Assembly (NCBI RefSeq): GCF_001644705.1
Contig: NZ_CP015137.1
Location: forward strand, 4,887,834 to 4,919,833
Origin: Dickeya solani IPO 2222
GTDB taxonomy: Bacteria; Pseudomonadota; Gammaproteobacteria; Enterobacterales; Enterobacteriaceae
Length of the DNA: 32,000 nt
Direction: 5' to 3'
A program made the position numbers and the translations under genes. Every line of letters begins with the position of its first letter. Position 1 is the stretch's first letter. Shown here one piece after another: positions 1 to 8,506 of this stretch. The notes below the pieces were generated by a model. It worked only from the letters and a program-made list of their open reading frames with translations, was not told where the DNA came from and searched no databases.

Positions 1-49
1 CCAGATCCGCCACATCCACAAACACCTGCATCGCGATAAGACGATCCAT
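1..49 (-). CDS. LysR-family transcriptional regulator, N-terminal fragment running off the window
   Basis: The reverse strand reads AGGAG, a spacer, ATG (49..47), then MDRLIAMQVFVDVADL. This is the stereotyped start of LysR-type wHTH regulators. It is divergent from the adjacent MBL gene. Confidence 0.45.
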   Translation of the reverse strand, partial: MDRLIAMQVFVDVADL

Positions 50-153
50 AGCGCTCCTATTGACCGATATATGCAACAAACTATGGCCTATTTTAGGGTT
101 TATTCGCTCACGTCAGGAAGCAATAATAATTCTCTGTCTGTAGACATGCTGCT

Positions 154-1176
154 ATGAGATTGATTATGTTTAAAAAATACCTCTTGTTGTATCTTACTGC
201 CGGACTGCTGGCGGCGCCGGGCACCTCCGCGCTGGCGCAAACACCGCCGTCCCCCACCCACACCGCCGCGCCGCAGCCATTAGACGGTTGCCCGTCGGAT
301 GCCATCAACGCGCGGTTTACTGAATTTGGCCGTACCGGCCGCATGCCGCCAGACCTGAACCAGTGGCTGAATGATCCGAAGGCGCAGGCTATCCCACCCT
401 ATCAGGCGTTCGACAATGTCTACTTCGTCGGGGTTTGCTGGGTTTCCGCCTGGCTGATTAAAACCAGCGGCGGTCCGGTGCTGATTGATACGCTGCATGA
501 ACCGTATGTCGATCAGTTGATCGCCAATATCCGGCAGGTCGGCATTGACCCGGCGGAGATCAAACTGGTGTTGATGACCCACGGTCATTTCGACCATGTG
601 GGCGGCGCTTATAAGATCAAAGCGTTGAGTCAGGCGCGATTTGTCATGACCCAGGCCGGCTGGGACGAAGCGCGGGAAGACGCCAGACAATCGCAACATT
701 CGCCCCACCCCTGGAAAATGCTGGATAACGCCGACATCGTGGCGCAGGACGGCCAGACCTTCACCGTCGGCGATACCACCTTTTACGCTTACGCCACCCC
801 CGGTCATACCTGGGGAACCACGTCCTACGCCTTTGATGTCAAAGACGGCGACAACACCTATCGGGCCATCACCATCGGAGGAATGGGGTTGAATGCCATC
901 GAAAATGCCCGTCAGGTACAGGCCTATATCGCCAGCATCGACCGCCTGAAACGGCTGAACACCGATCCGCAACATCCGATCGCGGTTCACCTGACCGCGC
1001 ACCCGTTCAATACCGGATTAACGGAAGCGAAAGAACGCCTGAAAACGCGCCAGCCGGGAGAACCGCACCCGCTGGTCGACCAGGCCGCCTTGATTAAACA
1101 ACTGGATAGCGCCCGCGACGCGGCCGAACAACGCCTGAACGCCGAGCAGAAAAAAGAACGGGAAAACACGCGGTAA
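154..1176 (+). CDS. Secreted metallo-beta-lactamase-fold hydrolase, subclass B3-like
   Basis: 340 aa with an N-terminal signal peptide (LLAAPGTSALA). It has the HxHxDH zinc motif (THGHFDHVGG), and the downstream PGHTWG and LTAHP histidine motifs resemble subclass B3 enzymes (L1, FEZ-1, CAR-1). Confidence 0.75.
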   Translation: MRLIMFKKYLLLYLTAGLLAAPGTSALAQTPPSPTHTAAPQPLDGCPSDAINARFTEFGRTGRMPPDLNQWLNDPKAQAIPPYQAFDNVYFVGVCWVSAWLIKTSGGPVLIDTLHEPYVDQLIANIRQVGIDPAEIKLVLMTHGHFDHVGGAYKIKALSQARFVMTQAGWDEAREDARQSQHSPHPWKMLDNADIVAQDGQTFTVGDTTFYAYATPGHTWGTTSYAFDVKDGDNTYRAITIGGMGLNAIENARQVQAYIASIDRLKRLNTDPQHPIAVHLTAHPFNTGLTEAKERLKTRQPGEPHPLVDQAALIKQLDSARDAAEQRLNAEQKKERENTR

Positions 1177-1285
1177 GCGCCATAAGTTCAGATGCTATCT
1201 GCAGTTCAGATGCGGCCCGCAGCAATGGCGTTGGAAGGTATCGTGCCGGGGCTCGTCGCCTCGGCACGATACGATGAGATAAGCA

Positions 1286-2677
1286 TCAGGAACGGGTTTT
1301 ACGTCCGTAACACAGCCAGGTGATAACCACACAGGCAATGTAGAACACCACGAAGATCTTCATCGCGCCGGCCGGCGAGCCGGTCATCGCCAGCGATGTG
1401 CCGAACGCTTTCGGGATGAAAAAGCCGCCGATAGCGCCGATGGCGGAGATGAATCCCAATGCCGCGGCGGTATCGGTCACCGCGCTGCGCTGCGCTTCGT
1501 CTTCGCCGCCGCCCTCTGAGGTCACCCTCTCTACCGTCAGCCCGCGGAAAATCACCGCGATCATCTGGAAGGTCGACCCGCTCCCCAGTCCGGCCGTCAA
1601 AAACAACAGCATGAAGATACCAAAAAACAGCAGGAAGGAGCCGGGCTGATTGTCACCCGGCAACGCGGTGAACAACAACACTGACAAGATCGCCATGAAC
1701 ACAAAATTGATCAGCGTCACCCGCACGCCGCCAAAGCGGTCCGACAGCATGCCGCCCACCGGGCGCGCCAGCGCCCCTAACAGCGGACCGCAAAAGGCGT
1801 AATGCAGGATAATCACATCCGGGAACTGGGTTTTCGATAGCATGGCGAAACCGGCGGAAAAACCGATAAAAGAGCCGAACGCCGACAGATACAGTACGCT
1901 GAGGATCCACAGGTGCGCCCGCTTGAGCACCGGCAACTGCTGACGTAGCGACGCTTTGGCGGTGGACAGATCGTTCATACCGAACCAGGCCGCCGCCGCC
2001 GCGATAAGCAGTAGCGGCACCCACACCCAGGGCGCATTCTGCAACCAGACCTGACCGCCGTCCGGCTGCGCCACGCCATTGCCGGTAAAACTCAGCACCG
2101 GCAGAAAAATCACTACCGGCACCAGCAACTGCATCACGCTGACGCCGAGATTACCGAAACCGCCATTCAGGCCCAGCGCGCTGCCCTGCTGCGCCTTCGG
2201 GAAAAAGAAGCTGATGTTGGCCATGCTGGAAGCGAAATTGGCGCCGGCGAACCCGCACAGCAACGAGATAATAATGAATACGTTGTAGGGCGTTTGCGGA
2301 TCCTGCACCACGAACCCCAGCCACACGCACGGGATGATCAGAATCAGCGTACTGAAGGTGGTCCAGCGGCGTCCGCCCGCCAGCGGAATAATAAACGAAT
2401 ACGGCACCCGCAGCAGCGCGCCGGATACCGACGGCAAGGCGGTCAACATAAACAGCTGATCGGTGGTGAAATGGAACCCAACTTTGTTCAGATTGACGGC
2501 CACGGTGCTGAACAACATCCAGACACAGAAAGCCAGCAACAGACAAGGAATTGAAATCCACAGGTTGCGCTGGGCAATGCCCCGCCCCTGTTTTTGCCAG
2601 AACTGAACGTCTTCCGGGCGCCAATCCCGGATAACAGTCTGTCGTGAATCGCCTGGCGTAATGGTTGACTGCGTCAT
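1286..2677 (-). CDS. narK: Nitrate/nitrite antiporter NarK (MFS)
   Basis: 463 aa polytopic MFS protein. The N-terminus (WRPEDVQFWQKQGRGIAQRNLWISIPCLLLAF) matches my recollection of NarK. It is divergent from narXL with an FNR box upstream. Confidence 0.9.
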   Translation of the reverse strand: MTQSTITPGDSRQTVIRDWRPEDVQFWQKQGRGIAQRNLWISIPCLLLAFCVWMLFSTVAVNLNKVGFHFTTDQLFMLTALPSVSGALLRVPYSFIIPLAGGRRWTTFSTLILIIPCVWLGFVVQDPQTPYNVFIIISLLCGFAGANFASSMANISFFFPKAQQGSALGLNGGFGNLGVSVMQLLVPVVIFLPVLSFTGNGVAQPDGGQVWLQNAPWVWVPLLLIAAAAAWFGMNDLSTAKASLRQQLPVLKRAHLWILSVLYLSAFGSFIGFSAGFAMLSKTQFPDVIILHYAFCGPLLGALARPVGGMLSDRFGGVRVTLINFVFMAILSVLLFTALPGDNQPGSFLLFFGIFMLLFLTAGLGSGSTFQMIAVIFRGLTVERVTSEGGGEDEAQRSAVTDTAAALGFISAIGAIGGFFIPKAFGTSLAMTGSPAGAMKIFVVFYIACVVITWLCYGRKTRS

Positions 2678-2746
2678 AAAAAGCCTCGGTCAGTAAAAAT
2701 ACCTCTATCACTACGCGCCACATTAGAAGGTATGTCCGGGGCAAAG

Positions 2747-2760
2747 TTGATATACATCAA
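2747..2760. promoter_or_regulatory. FNR box, perfect TTGAT-N4-ATCAA
   Basis: TTGATATACATCAA is read directly, about 76 bp upstream of the narK ATG. A TCTAAT -10-like hexamer on the narK strand (2722-2727) puts the box near -41.5, the class II position. Confidence 0.8.
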
Positions 2761-2903
2761 CAGGTTGTTGGGTAAAAAAATGCGCCTCTTTCGCTACCAC
2801 TCCCAAGGGGGTAAGCGATAGTGACAAGTTAATGTCGTAGTTTCATACTGTTATAGTCATTTGCTTTGTCACTGTACTCACTACCACCCCCTTATTGAAA
2901 TTA

Positions 2904-2937
2904 AGGGGTACTTCTTTAGGGGTATAGGGTTACCCCT
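2904..2937. promoter_or_regulatory. Cluster of NarL/NarP heptamers (TACCCCT = TACYYMT)
   Basis: There are three perfect heptamers: AGGGGTA at 2904-2910 and 2918-2924 (reverse orientation) and TACCCCT at 2931-2937. A weaker pair is TACCACT at 2795-2801 and GGGGGTA at 2807-2813. All lie in the narK-narX intergenic region. Confidence 0.65.
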
Positions 2938-3097
2938 GAAAATAAGAAAAAATGACCTTGTGATGCGTGAGGCCGTTTCTCACAACAGGCAGTTGGACTC
3001 AAGCTTCTGTCGATCGCCATCAAAGCGTAGCACCATATCCGCGATATAGTTTTTATCACACAAACGCGTTTCCACTTTCGTTACAGGCGGTTTCCCG

Positions 3098-4909
3098 ATG
3101 TTCAGACGCTTTCGGCTTCCACTCTCGCTGGTCAATCAGGTGGCGTTGCTGATGTTGCTGCTGGGCCTGTTGGGGATTGCGGGCATGGCGGTTTCCAGCT
3201 GGATGTCGCAAAGCATTCAGGGCAATGCGCACGCCATCAATACCGCCGGCTCTCTGCGTATGCAAAGCTACCGGTTGCTGTCGATGGTGCCGCTCAACGC
3301 CGACAGTGAACGCTATTTGCAGGAACTGGAACGAGATGAAAACGACGACGACCTGCGTCAGGCGGTGATGCGCGAGGGACTGAGCGAACAATTCAGCATC
3401 TTACGCCATTACTGGGCGGAACAGCTTAAACCACGCCTGCGCCAGGCTGAACGCCCGACCGATGCCGCCGCCACGGTAGCAGACTTCGTCCACCATCTGG
3501 ATACGCTGGTGCTGGCCATCGACCAGAAAACCGAGGCGCACCTGCGGCTGGTGACGCTGGTACAACGCATTTTTATCGGCATCATGCTGTCGCTATTGCT
3601 GATCACCTTTTTCTATTTGCGCCACCGCTTGCTGGCACCCTGGCGTAAGCTGGTGTCGATGGCGCAGGCCATCGGTCAGGGCGAATTCCATCAGCGTGTA
3701 ACGCTACGCGGTCAGGATGAAATGAGCACGCTGGCGCAGGCGCTGAACAATATGTCGGATGAGCTGTCGGCAATGTACCGCGATCTGGAACGACGGGTGA
3801 CGGACAAGACCGCTGACCTACAGCAAAAGAACGACACGCTGGAGTTTCTCTACCGCGCCAGCCGCCGGCTGCATACCAGTGCGCCGCTATGCAGCCGACT
3901 GCTGCCGGTGCTGGATGAGCTGAGCGCGCTGATGCCGCTGTCCGATATCCGATTACAGCTTTATGAAGACAATCATCAGGCACATGTCACCCCCTCCAGC
4001 CTGACGCACATTCCCGACCCCGACGCCTGCCCGGACAGTCACTGCCAACGCTGCTATCACCTTTCGCCGCCCCACATGCCGACCGAAGGCAAACCGGTAA
4101 GCTGGAATCTGCACGACAAGCTCGGCCATTACGGCGTGGTGCTGGCGCGGCTGCCCGAAAATCAGCACCTGACGCCCGACCAGCAACAGTTGCTCAATAC
4201 CTTGCTGGAACAACTGACCAGCACGCTGGCGCTGGAGCGGCAATCCAGCCATCAGCAGCAGTTGATGCTAATGGAAGAACGCGCCACCATCGCCCGCGAA
4301 CTGCATGACTCCATCGCCCAATCGCTTTCCTGTCTGAAGATTCAGATCAGTTGCCTGCAGATGCAGCACACCGCGCTAACGCCGGAGATACAACAGCAAC
4401 TGGACGCCATGCGCGATGAAACCAATACCGCCTACCGGCAGCTACGCGAGTTACTGACCACCTTCCGGCTCAAACTGTCGGAATCCGGCCTGCTGGCGGC
4501 ATTGCGGGCCACGGCGGACGAATTCAGCCAGCGCCTCGGCTACGATATCGCGCTGGACTACCAGCTACCGCTACAGGCGGTTTCCGCCCATCAGGGCATT
4601 CATCTGCTGCAAATAGTGCGTGAAGCGCTGAGCAATATTTACAAACATGCGCAGGCTACGGCCGTCAACATCACCCTGCGTCAGCAGCAGCGGTATATTG
4701 AGCTGCGCGTGCGCGATAACGGCATCGGCATCAGCGATGACGTCGGCCGTGCCAATCATTACGGTCTGATCATCATGCGCGACCGCGCCCGAAGTCTGCA
4801 CGGCGACTGTACCATTCAACGTCTTGCGTCCGGCGGCACAGAAGTCTGCGTCAGCTTTCTGGCAGACTACCGCCAGCCACCCGTATTATCAGGAGAAAAC
4901 CATGACTAA
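3098..4909 (+). CDS. narX: Nitrate/nitrite sensor histidine kinase NarX
   Basis: 603 aa. The N-terminus ([15 protein letters not shown]...[17 protein letters not shown], the P-box region) is followed by HAMP, the H-box [13 protein letters not shown] and an HATPase C-terminus. It overlaps narL by 8 nt. Confidence 0.92.
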   Translation: MFRRFRLPLSLVNQVALLMLLLGLLGIAGMAVSSWMSQSIQGNAHAINTAGSLRMQSYRLLSMVPLNADSERYLQELERDENDDDLRQAVMREGLSEQFSILRHYWAEQLKPRLRQAERPTDAAATVADFVHHLDTLVLAIDQKTEAHLRLVTLVQRIFIGIMLSLLLITFFYLRHRLLAPWRKLVSMAQAIGQGEFHQRVTLRGQDEMSTLAQALNNMSDELSAMYRDLERRVTDKTADLQQKNDTLEFLYRASRRLHTSAPLCSRLLPVLDELSALMPLSDIRLQLYEDNHQAHVTPSSLTHIPDPDACPDSHCQRCYHLSPPHMPTEGKPVSWNLHDKLGHYGVVLARLPENQHLTPDQQQLLNTLLEQLTSTLALERQSSHQQQLMLMEERATIARELHDSIAQSLSCLKIQISCLQMQHTALTPEIQQQLDAMRDETNTAYRQLRELLTTFRLKLSESGLLAALRATADEFSQRLGYDIALDYQLPLQAVSAHQGIHLLQIVREALSNIYKHAQATAVNITLRQQQRYIELRVRDNGIGISDDVGRANHYGLIIMRDRARSLHGDCTIQRLASGGTEVCVSFLADYRQPPVLSGENHD

Positions 4910-5549
4910 CGACGCCGCCACCGTGCTGCTGATTGACGACCATCCGATGCTGCGTAACGGCGTCAAGCAGCTGCTTAGCATGGCGCCCGACCTGCGCGTA
5001 GTCGGCGAAGCCAGCCACGGCGAGCAAGGCGTTACGCTGGCGGAACAGCTGGATCCGGATTTGATTCTGCTGGATCTGAACATGCCCGGCATGAACGGGC
5101 TGGAAACGCTGGCCCGGTTGCGTGAAACCCCACTGTCCGGACGTATCGTGGTATTCACCGTTTCCAACCACGAAGAAGATGTGATCAGCGCGTTTAAAAG
5201 CGGCGCCGATGGTTATCTGCTCAAGGACATGGAGCCGGAAGATCTGCTGGTGGCCCTGCATCAGGCCGCCGCCGGCAAAATGGTGCTCAGCGACGCCCTG
5301 ACGCCGGTTCTGGCGGCCAGCCTGCGGGAAACGCGCAGCAGCGACACGCGGGATATCCAGCAACTGACCCCGCGGGAAAAGGATATCCTGAAGCTGATCG
5401 CCCAGGGCCTGCCCAACAAGGTCATCGCCCGTAAGCTGACGATTACCGAAAGCACGGTAAAAGTACACGTCAAACATCTGCTGAAAAAAATGAAATTGCG
5501 CTCCCGGGTGGAAGCTGCGGTCTGGGTGGTGCAGGAGAAGATTTTTTAA
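4902..5549 (+). CDS. narL: Nitrate/nitrite response regulator NarL (REC + LuxR HTH)
   Basis: I chose the internal ATG at 4902 ([20 protein letters not shown]), which is preceded by AGGAG at 4891-4895. This gives 215 aa, close to E. coli NarL. The 4824 start in the track lies inside narX. Confidence 0.92.
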   Translation: MTNDAATVLLIDDHPMLRNGVKQLLSMAPDLRVVGEASHGEQGVTLAEQLDPDLILLDLNMPGMNGLETLARLRETPLSGRIVVFTVSNHEEDVISAFKSGADGYLLKDMEPEDLLVALHQAAAGKMVLSDALTPVLAASLRETRSSDTRDIQQLTPREKDILKLIAQGLPNKVIARKLTITESTVKVHVKHLLKKMKLRSRVEAAVWVVQEKIF

Positions 5550-5807
5550 CCGGTGGCGGCCGGACGCCGCCAGCCAGCACAGCCCGCCGATATCATCCTT
5601 ACCTTTTGATGTCGAAAATTACAGTAAAATACACCTACCTACACTTCTATACGTTTATTTGCATTACGGCTGATAAAGTAACGTCTGCTCATGGTTTTTA
5701 GTACTTTATCGCCATTTTCCTAGATATTTCCCCATATTCCTTTCCTAGACTCACCTTGTTCGGCGTTTCATTGCGCTTTCGCCAGGCTTAACCGGAGGAA
5801 AAAGAGA

Positions 5808-7076
5808 ATGAAAGTCAGAGAACGATTTATTGGACTGGAATGGCTCCGGTTTCTGCTTGGGTGCTATGTCATGGTTTACCATACCGTACATGTCTATCCG
5901 CAGCGTGAAAAGATCCTCTTTCTGAACGAACTGACCAGCATGGGATTCTTCGCCACCAGTACTTTTTTTGTGTTATCCGGCTTTCTGCTGACGCACGTTT
6001 ATCTGCGTGACGGCCAGTTGCGGGAACCCGCCCGGCACTTTTTGGCCAAACGGTTGTTTAACCTCTACCCGATTCATATCATTGGTCTGGTGTCATCCAT
6101 CGTAGTGGTCAGCCTGATGCACTGGCTGGCGATTCCGCCGGAAGGCCAGGTCGCCAGCGCCCGCTTCGTCATTTACGACAGCAACGACCCCAGCATCGCG
6201 CCAGAGACATTACGCCACTACATGGACAACATTGAACTGGCTTTTAACGGCTTGTTGCAATTACTGATGCTGCAAGCGTGGAACCCCTATTTTCTGACCT
6301 TCAACGCGCCGTTGTGGTCGGTATCGACACTGTTCTTCTTCTATTTGCTATTCCCATTGCTGGCGCCGCGGCTGTTAGGCAGTCGTCACCCGCGCCTGTG
6401 GCTGATGGCGATGTTTGTGCTGTATCTACTGCCGCCGATATGGGTTGTCTGGCATCAATTATATGGCGCGCCATACACCGGCCTGCTGCAACGCAACCCG
6501 TTACTGCGCCTGCCGGAATTTCTGGCTGGGGTGCTGGGCTACGCCATTTTCCGTCAATACCGCGACGGTACGCTGCCGGCGCTGACCCGTATGCAGCGTA
6601 AAGCGCTGGGCGTCTTTATCAGCCTGAGTTTTATCGTCGCTACCTGGCTGTTTACGCATGGTGAACGCTACTGGTATTTCCTGCTGCACAACGGCCTGTT
6701 GTTGCCGGCGCAGGTGGCGCTAGTGTGCCTGTGCGCCCACTTCCGCGAGCCGGACAGCGAAACGCTGAAAATCTGGGCAACCCGGCTGGGCGCGGCATCG
6801 CTGTCGATCTTCGCCCTGCATGTGCCGCTGTTTAATCTGTTCCGTACGCTGGAACAGCTGTTGCGCGGCGACCCGCTGCAGTGTTTCACCGACTGGACGG
6901 CCTGTATCGACGCAGCCGGAAGAGTCGAGCTGTCCATGACCGGCTATGGCGTGTTCCTGCTGACCACTGTCGCACTGTGCGTGGTACTCCAGGAACAGGT
7001 GGTCATCCGCATGAAACAGGCATTGACCGAACGCTTCCTGGGCCGTCGTTTCCAACCCTCACGCAGCGCAGCCTGA
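5808..7076 (+). CDS. Membrane acyltransferase, family 3 (OafA/YrhL-like)
   Basis: 422 aa polytopic protein. The N-terminal motif LEWLRFLLGCYVMVYH is typical of acyltransferase_3. The RBS is GGAGG. The upstream region 5590-5800 is visibly AT-rich. Confidence 0.75.
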   Translation: MKVRERFIGLEWLRFLLGCYVMVYHTVHVYPQREKILFLNELTSMGFFATSTFFVLSGFLLTHVYLRDGQLREPARHFLAKRLFNLYPIHIIGLVSSIVVVSLMHWLAIPPEGQVASARFVIYDSNDPSIAPETLRHYMDNIELAFNGLLQLLMLQAWNPYFLTFNAPLWSVSTLFFFYLLFPLLAPRLLGSRHPRLWLMAMFVLYLLPPIWVVWHQLYGAPYTGLLQRNPLLRLPEFLAGVLGYAIFRQYRDGTLPALTRMQRKALGVFISLSFIVATWLFTHGERYWYFLLHNGLLLPAQVALVCLCAHFREPDSETLKIWATRLGAASLSIFALHVPLFNLFRTLEQLLRGDPLQCFTDWTACIDAAGRVELSMTGYGVFLLTTVALCVVLQEQVVIRMKQALTERFLGRRFQPSRSAA

Positions 7077-7081
7077 TGATA

Positions 7082-7124
7082 ACGGCTATAACGGTGATGT
7101 GATCGTCATCACCGTTATAGCCGT
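7082..7124. terminator. Perfect 18-bp-stem hairpin downstream of the acyltransferase gene
   Basis: ACGGCTATAACGGTGATG, a 7-nt loop, then CATCACCGTTATAGCCGT. There is no clean U-tract, so a terminator function is uncertain. Confidence 0.4.
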
Positions 7125-7297
7125 AAATCATTAATCACACGGTTTATAACAATTTCCATTCTAATTATGGGACACTTATACCTAGAGGCGCAGCACGATT
7201 CCTGTTACTGTTTGCCTCGCCGGAAAAAACCGGTACATCGATGCATCGTCTGAACGGCGTCTTTCACTTTTAGTCACCCACTGTTTTATCTGACATC

Positions 7298-8353
7298 ATG
7301 ACACATTCCAAATACGCACTTTCGTCGCTGAGTCTGTTTATCGCCCTCAGCGCCGCAGGCATTTCTACCAGCCATGCGGACACCGTCTGGTTAACCAACG
7401 GTGACAAGATCAGCGGCCAGATTACGCTGCTGGACAGCGGTAAATTGTTTATCAAAACCGACTATGCCGACACCCTGTCGGTCACCTGGGACAAAGTCAA
7501 AACCTTCCAGACCGACCACGGGATGGTGATTCAGGGACAACGCTACGAGAAAGGCGTGCTCTACCCGTCCATCAAGGCCTCCGACAGTTCACGCGCCATC
7601 GTTGCCCAGCCGGCAAGCGTAGATGGTCAGCAGGTCAGCGCCGGTCAGGAAACCCTGCCGCTGTCTGATATCAACTCGATGGTGGTGCCGCGCCGCTGGG
7701 TGGAAGATTTCTCCTGGAAAGGCAATGTCGACGTTAGCCTGGCTCACAAGAAAAGCTCCACCGAAACCGACAACCGCGATGTCACGCTGAGCACCCGCCT
7801 GCGTCACGGCACCTGGCGCCACAATCTGGATGCCAGCTACCACATGACCAAAGAAGATAATGTGGAGAGCACCAAAAACGCCGCCGGCGAATACGCGTTG
7901 GATAAATTCATCGACGAGCACTGGTTCTGGCAGGGTCGTTATGAATACAAACGCGACTGGGTGGAAAACATCAAGATTAACCGCTCCGTCGGTACCGGTC
8001 CGGGTTACCAGTTCTGGGATAACGATCTGGGTTCCTTCTCCGTCACCACGTTGGTGAACTCCCAGACCTTTACTTATCAGAACAACAGCGAAGATAACTT
8101 CTACTCCGGCGGCCTGAAGTGGAACTACGATCGTTTCCTGTTCAGCAAGCGTACCGAATTGTTCACCGATGGCGAAGTGGGCCGTTCGTTTGACAGCACC
8201 ACCCCGCTCTACTTCAAAGCTGGCGCCGGTCTGCGCTTCAAAGTCACTGACTGGTCATCCGTCAGCATGAAGGTATCCCGCAACCGCACCGAAAGTGTTC
8301 AGGGCAACGTCAACGATACCCTGTACTCACTGGGTCTGGGCGTCGGCTGGTAA
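7298..8353 (+). CDS. DUF481-family outer-membrane beta-barrel protein (YdiY-like) with an N-terminal extension
   Basis: 351 aa with a signal peptide ending STSHA/DT. The C-terminal half shows an alternating beta-strand pattern and ends in aromatic LGLGVGW. It resembles E. coli YdiY as I recall it. Confidence 0.65.
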   Translation: MTHSKYALSSLSLFIALSAAGISTSHADTVWLTNGDKISGQITLLDSGKLFIKTDYADTLSVTWDKVKTFQTDHGMVIQGQRYEKGVLYPSIKASDSSRAIVAQPASVDGQQVSAGQETLPLSDINSMVVPRRWVEDFSWKGNVDVSLAHKKSSTETDNRDVTLSTRLRHGTWRHNLDASYHMTKEDNVESTKNAAGEYALDKFIDEHWFWQGRYEYKRDWVENIKINRSVGTGPGYQFWDNDLGSFSVTTLVNSQTFTYQNNSEDNFYSGGLKWNYDRFLFSKRTELFTDGEVGRSFDSTTPLYFKAGAGLRFKVTDWSSVSMKVSRNRTESVQGNVNDTLYSLGLGVGW

Positions 8354-8450
8354 TGTGCTGACCGGTTCCTGTGGTTGCCGCAGGAACCGTTTCCCACTAT
8401 CACCGTGCGTTTCATCCATAAACGCGCTACACATAAAAAGTTCCGCCCAT

Positions 8451-8485
8451 AAAAAAGCCCGGTTTTCTCACCGGGCTTTTTCTTT
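8451..8485. terminator. Bidirectional rho-independent terminator between the DUF481 gene and prc
   Basis: AAAAAA, GCCCGGT, loop tttctc, ACCGGGC, TTTTT. The stem is flanked by an A-run and a T-run. Confidence 0.8.
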
Positions 8486-8506
8486 ATTGCTTGCTATTGC
8501 TGGCCT

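Noticed and set aside
280-1002. 240-aa minus-strand ORF
   Set aside because: It is antisense to the MBL gene, which carries the diagnostic zinc motifs.
4824-4901. Upstream extension of narL given in the ORF track
   Set aside because: The extension lies inside narX. The ATG at 4902 has an AGGAG RBS and reproduces the canonical NarL N-terminus and length.
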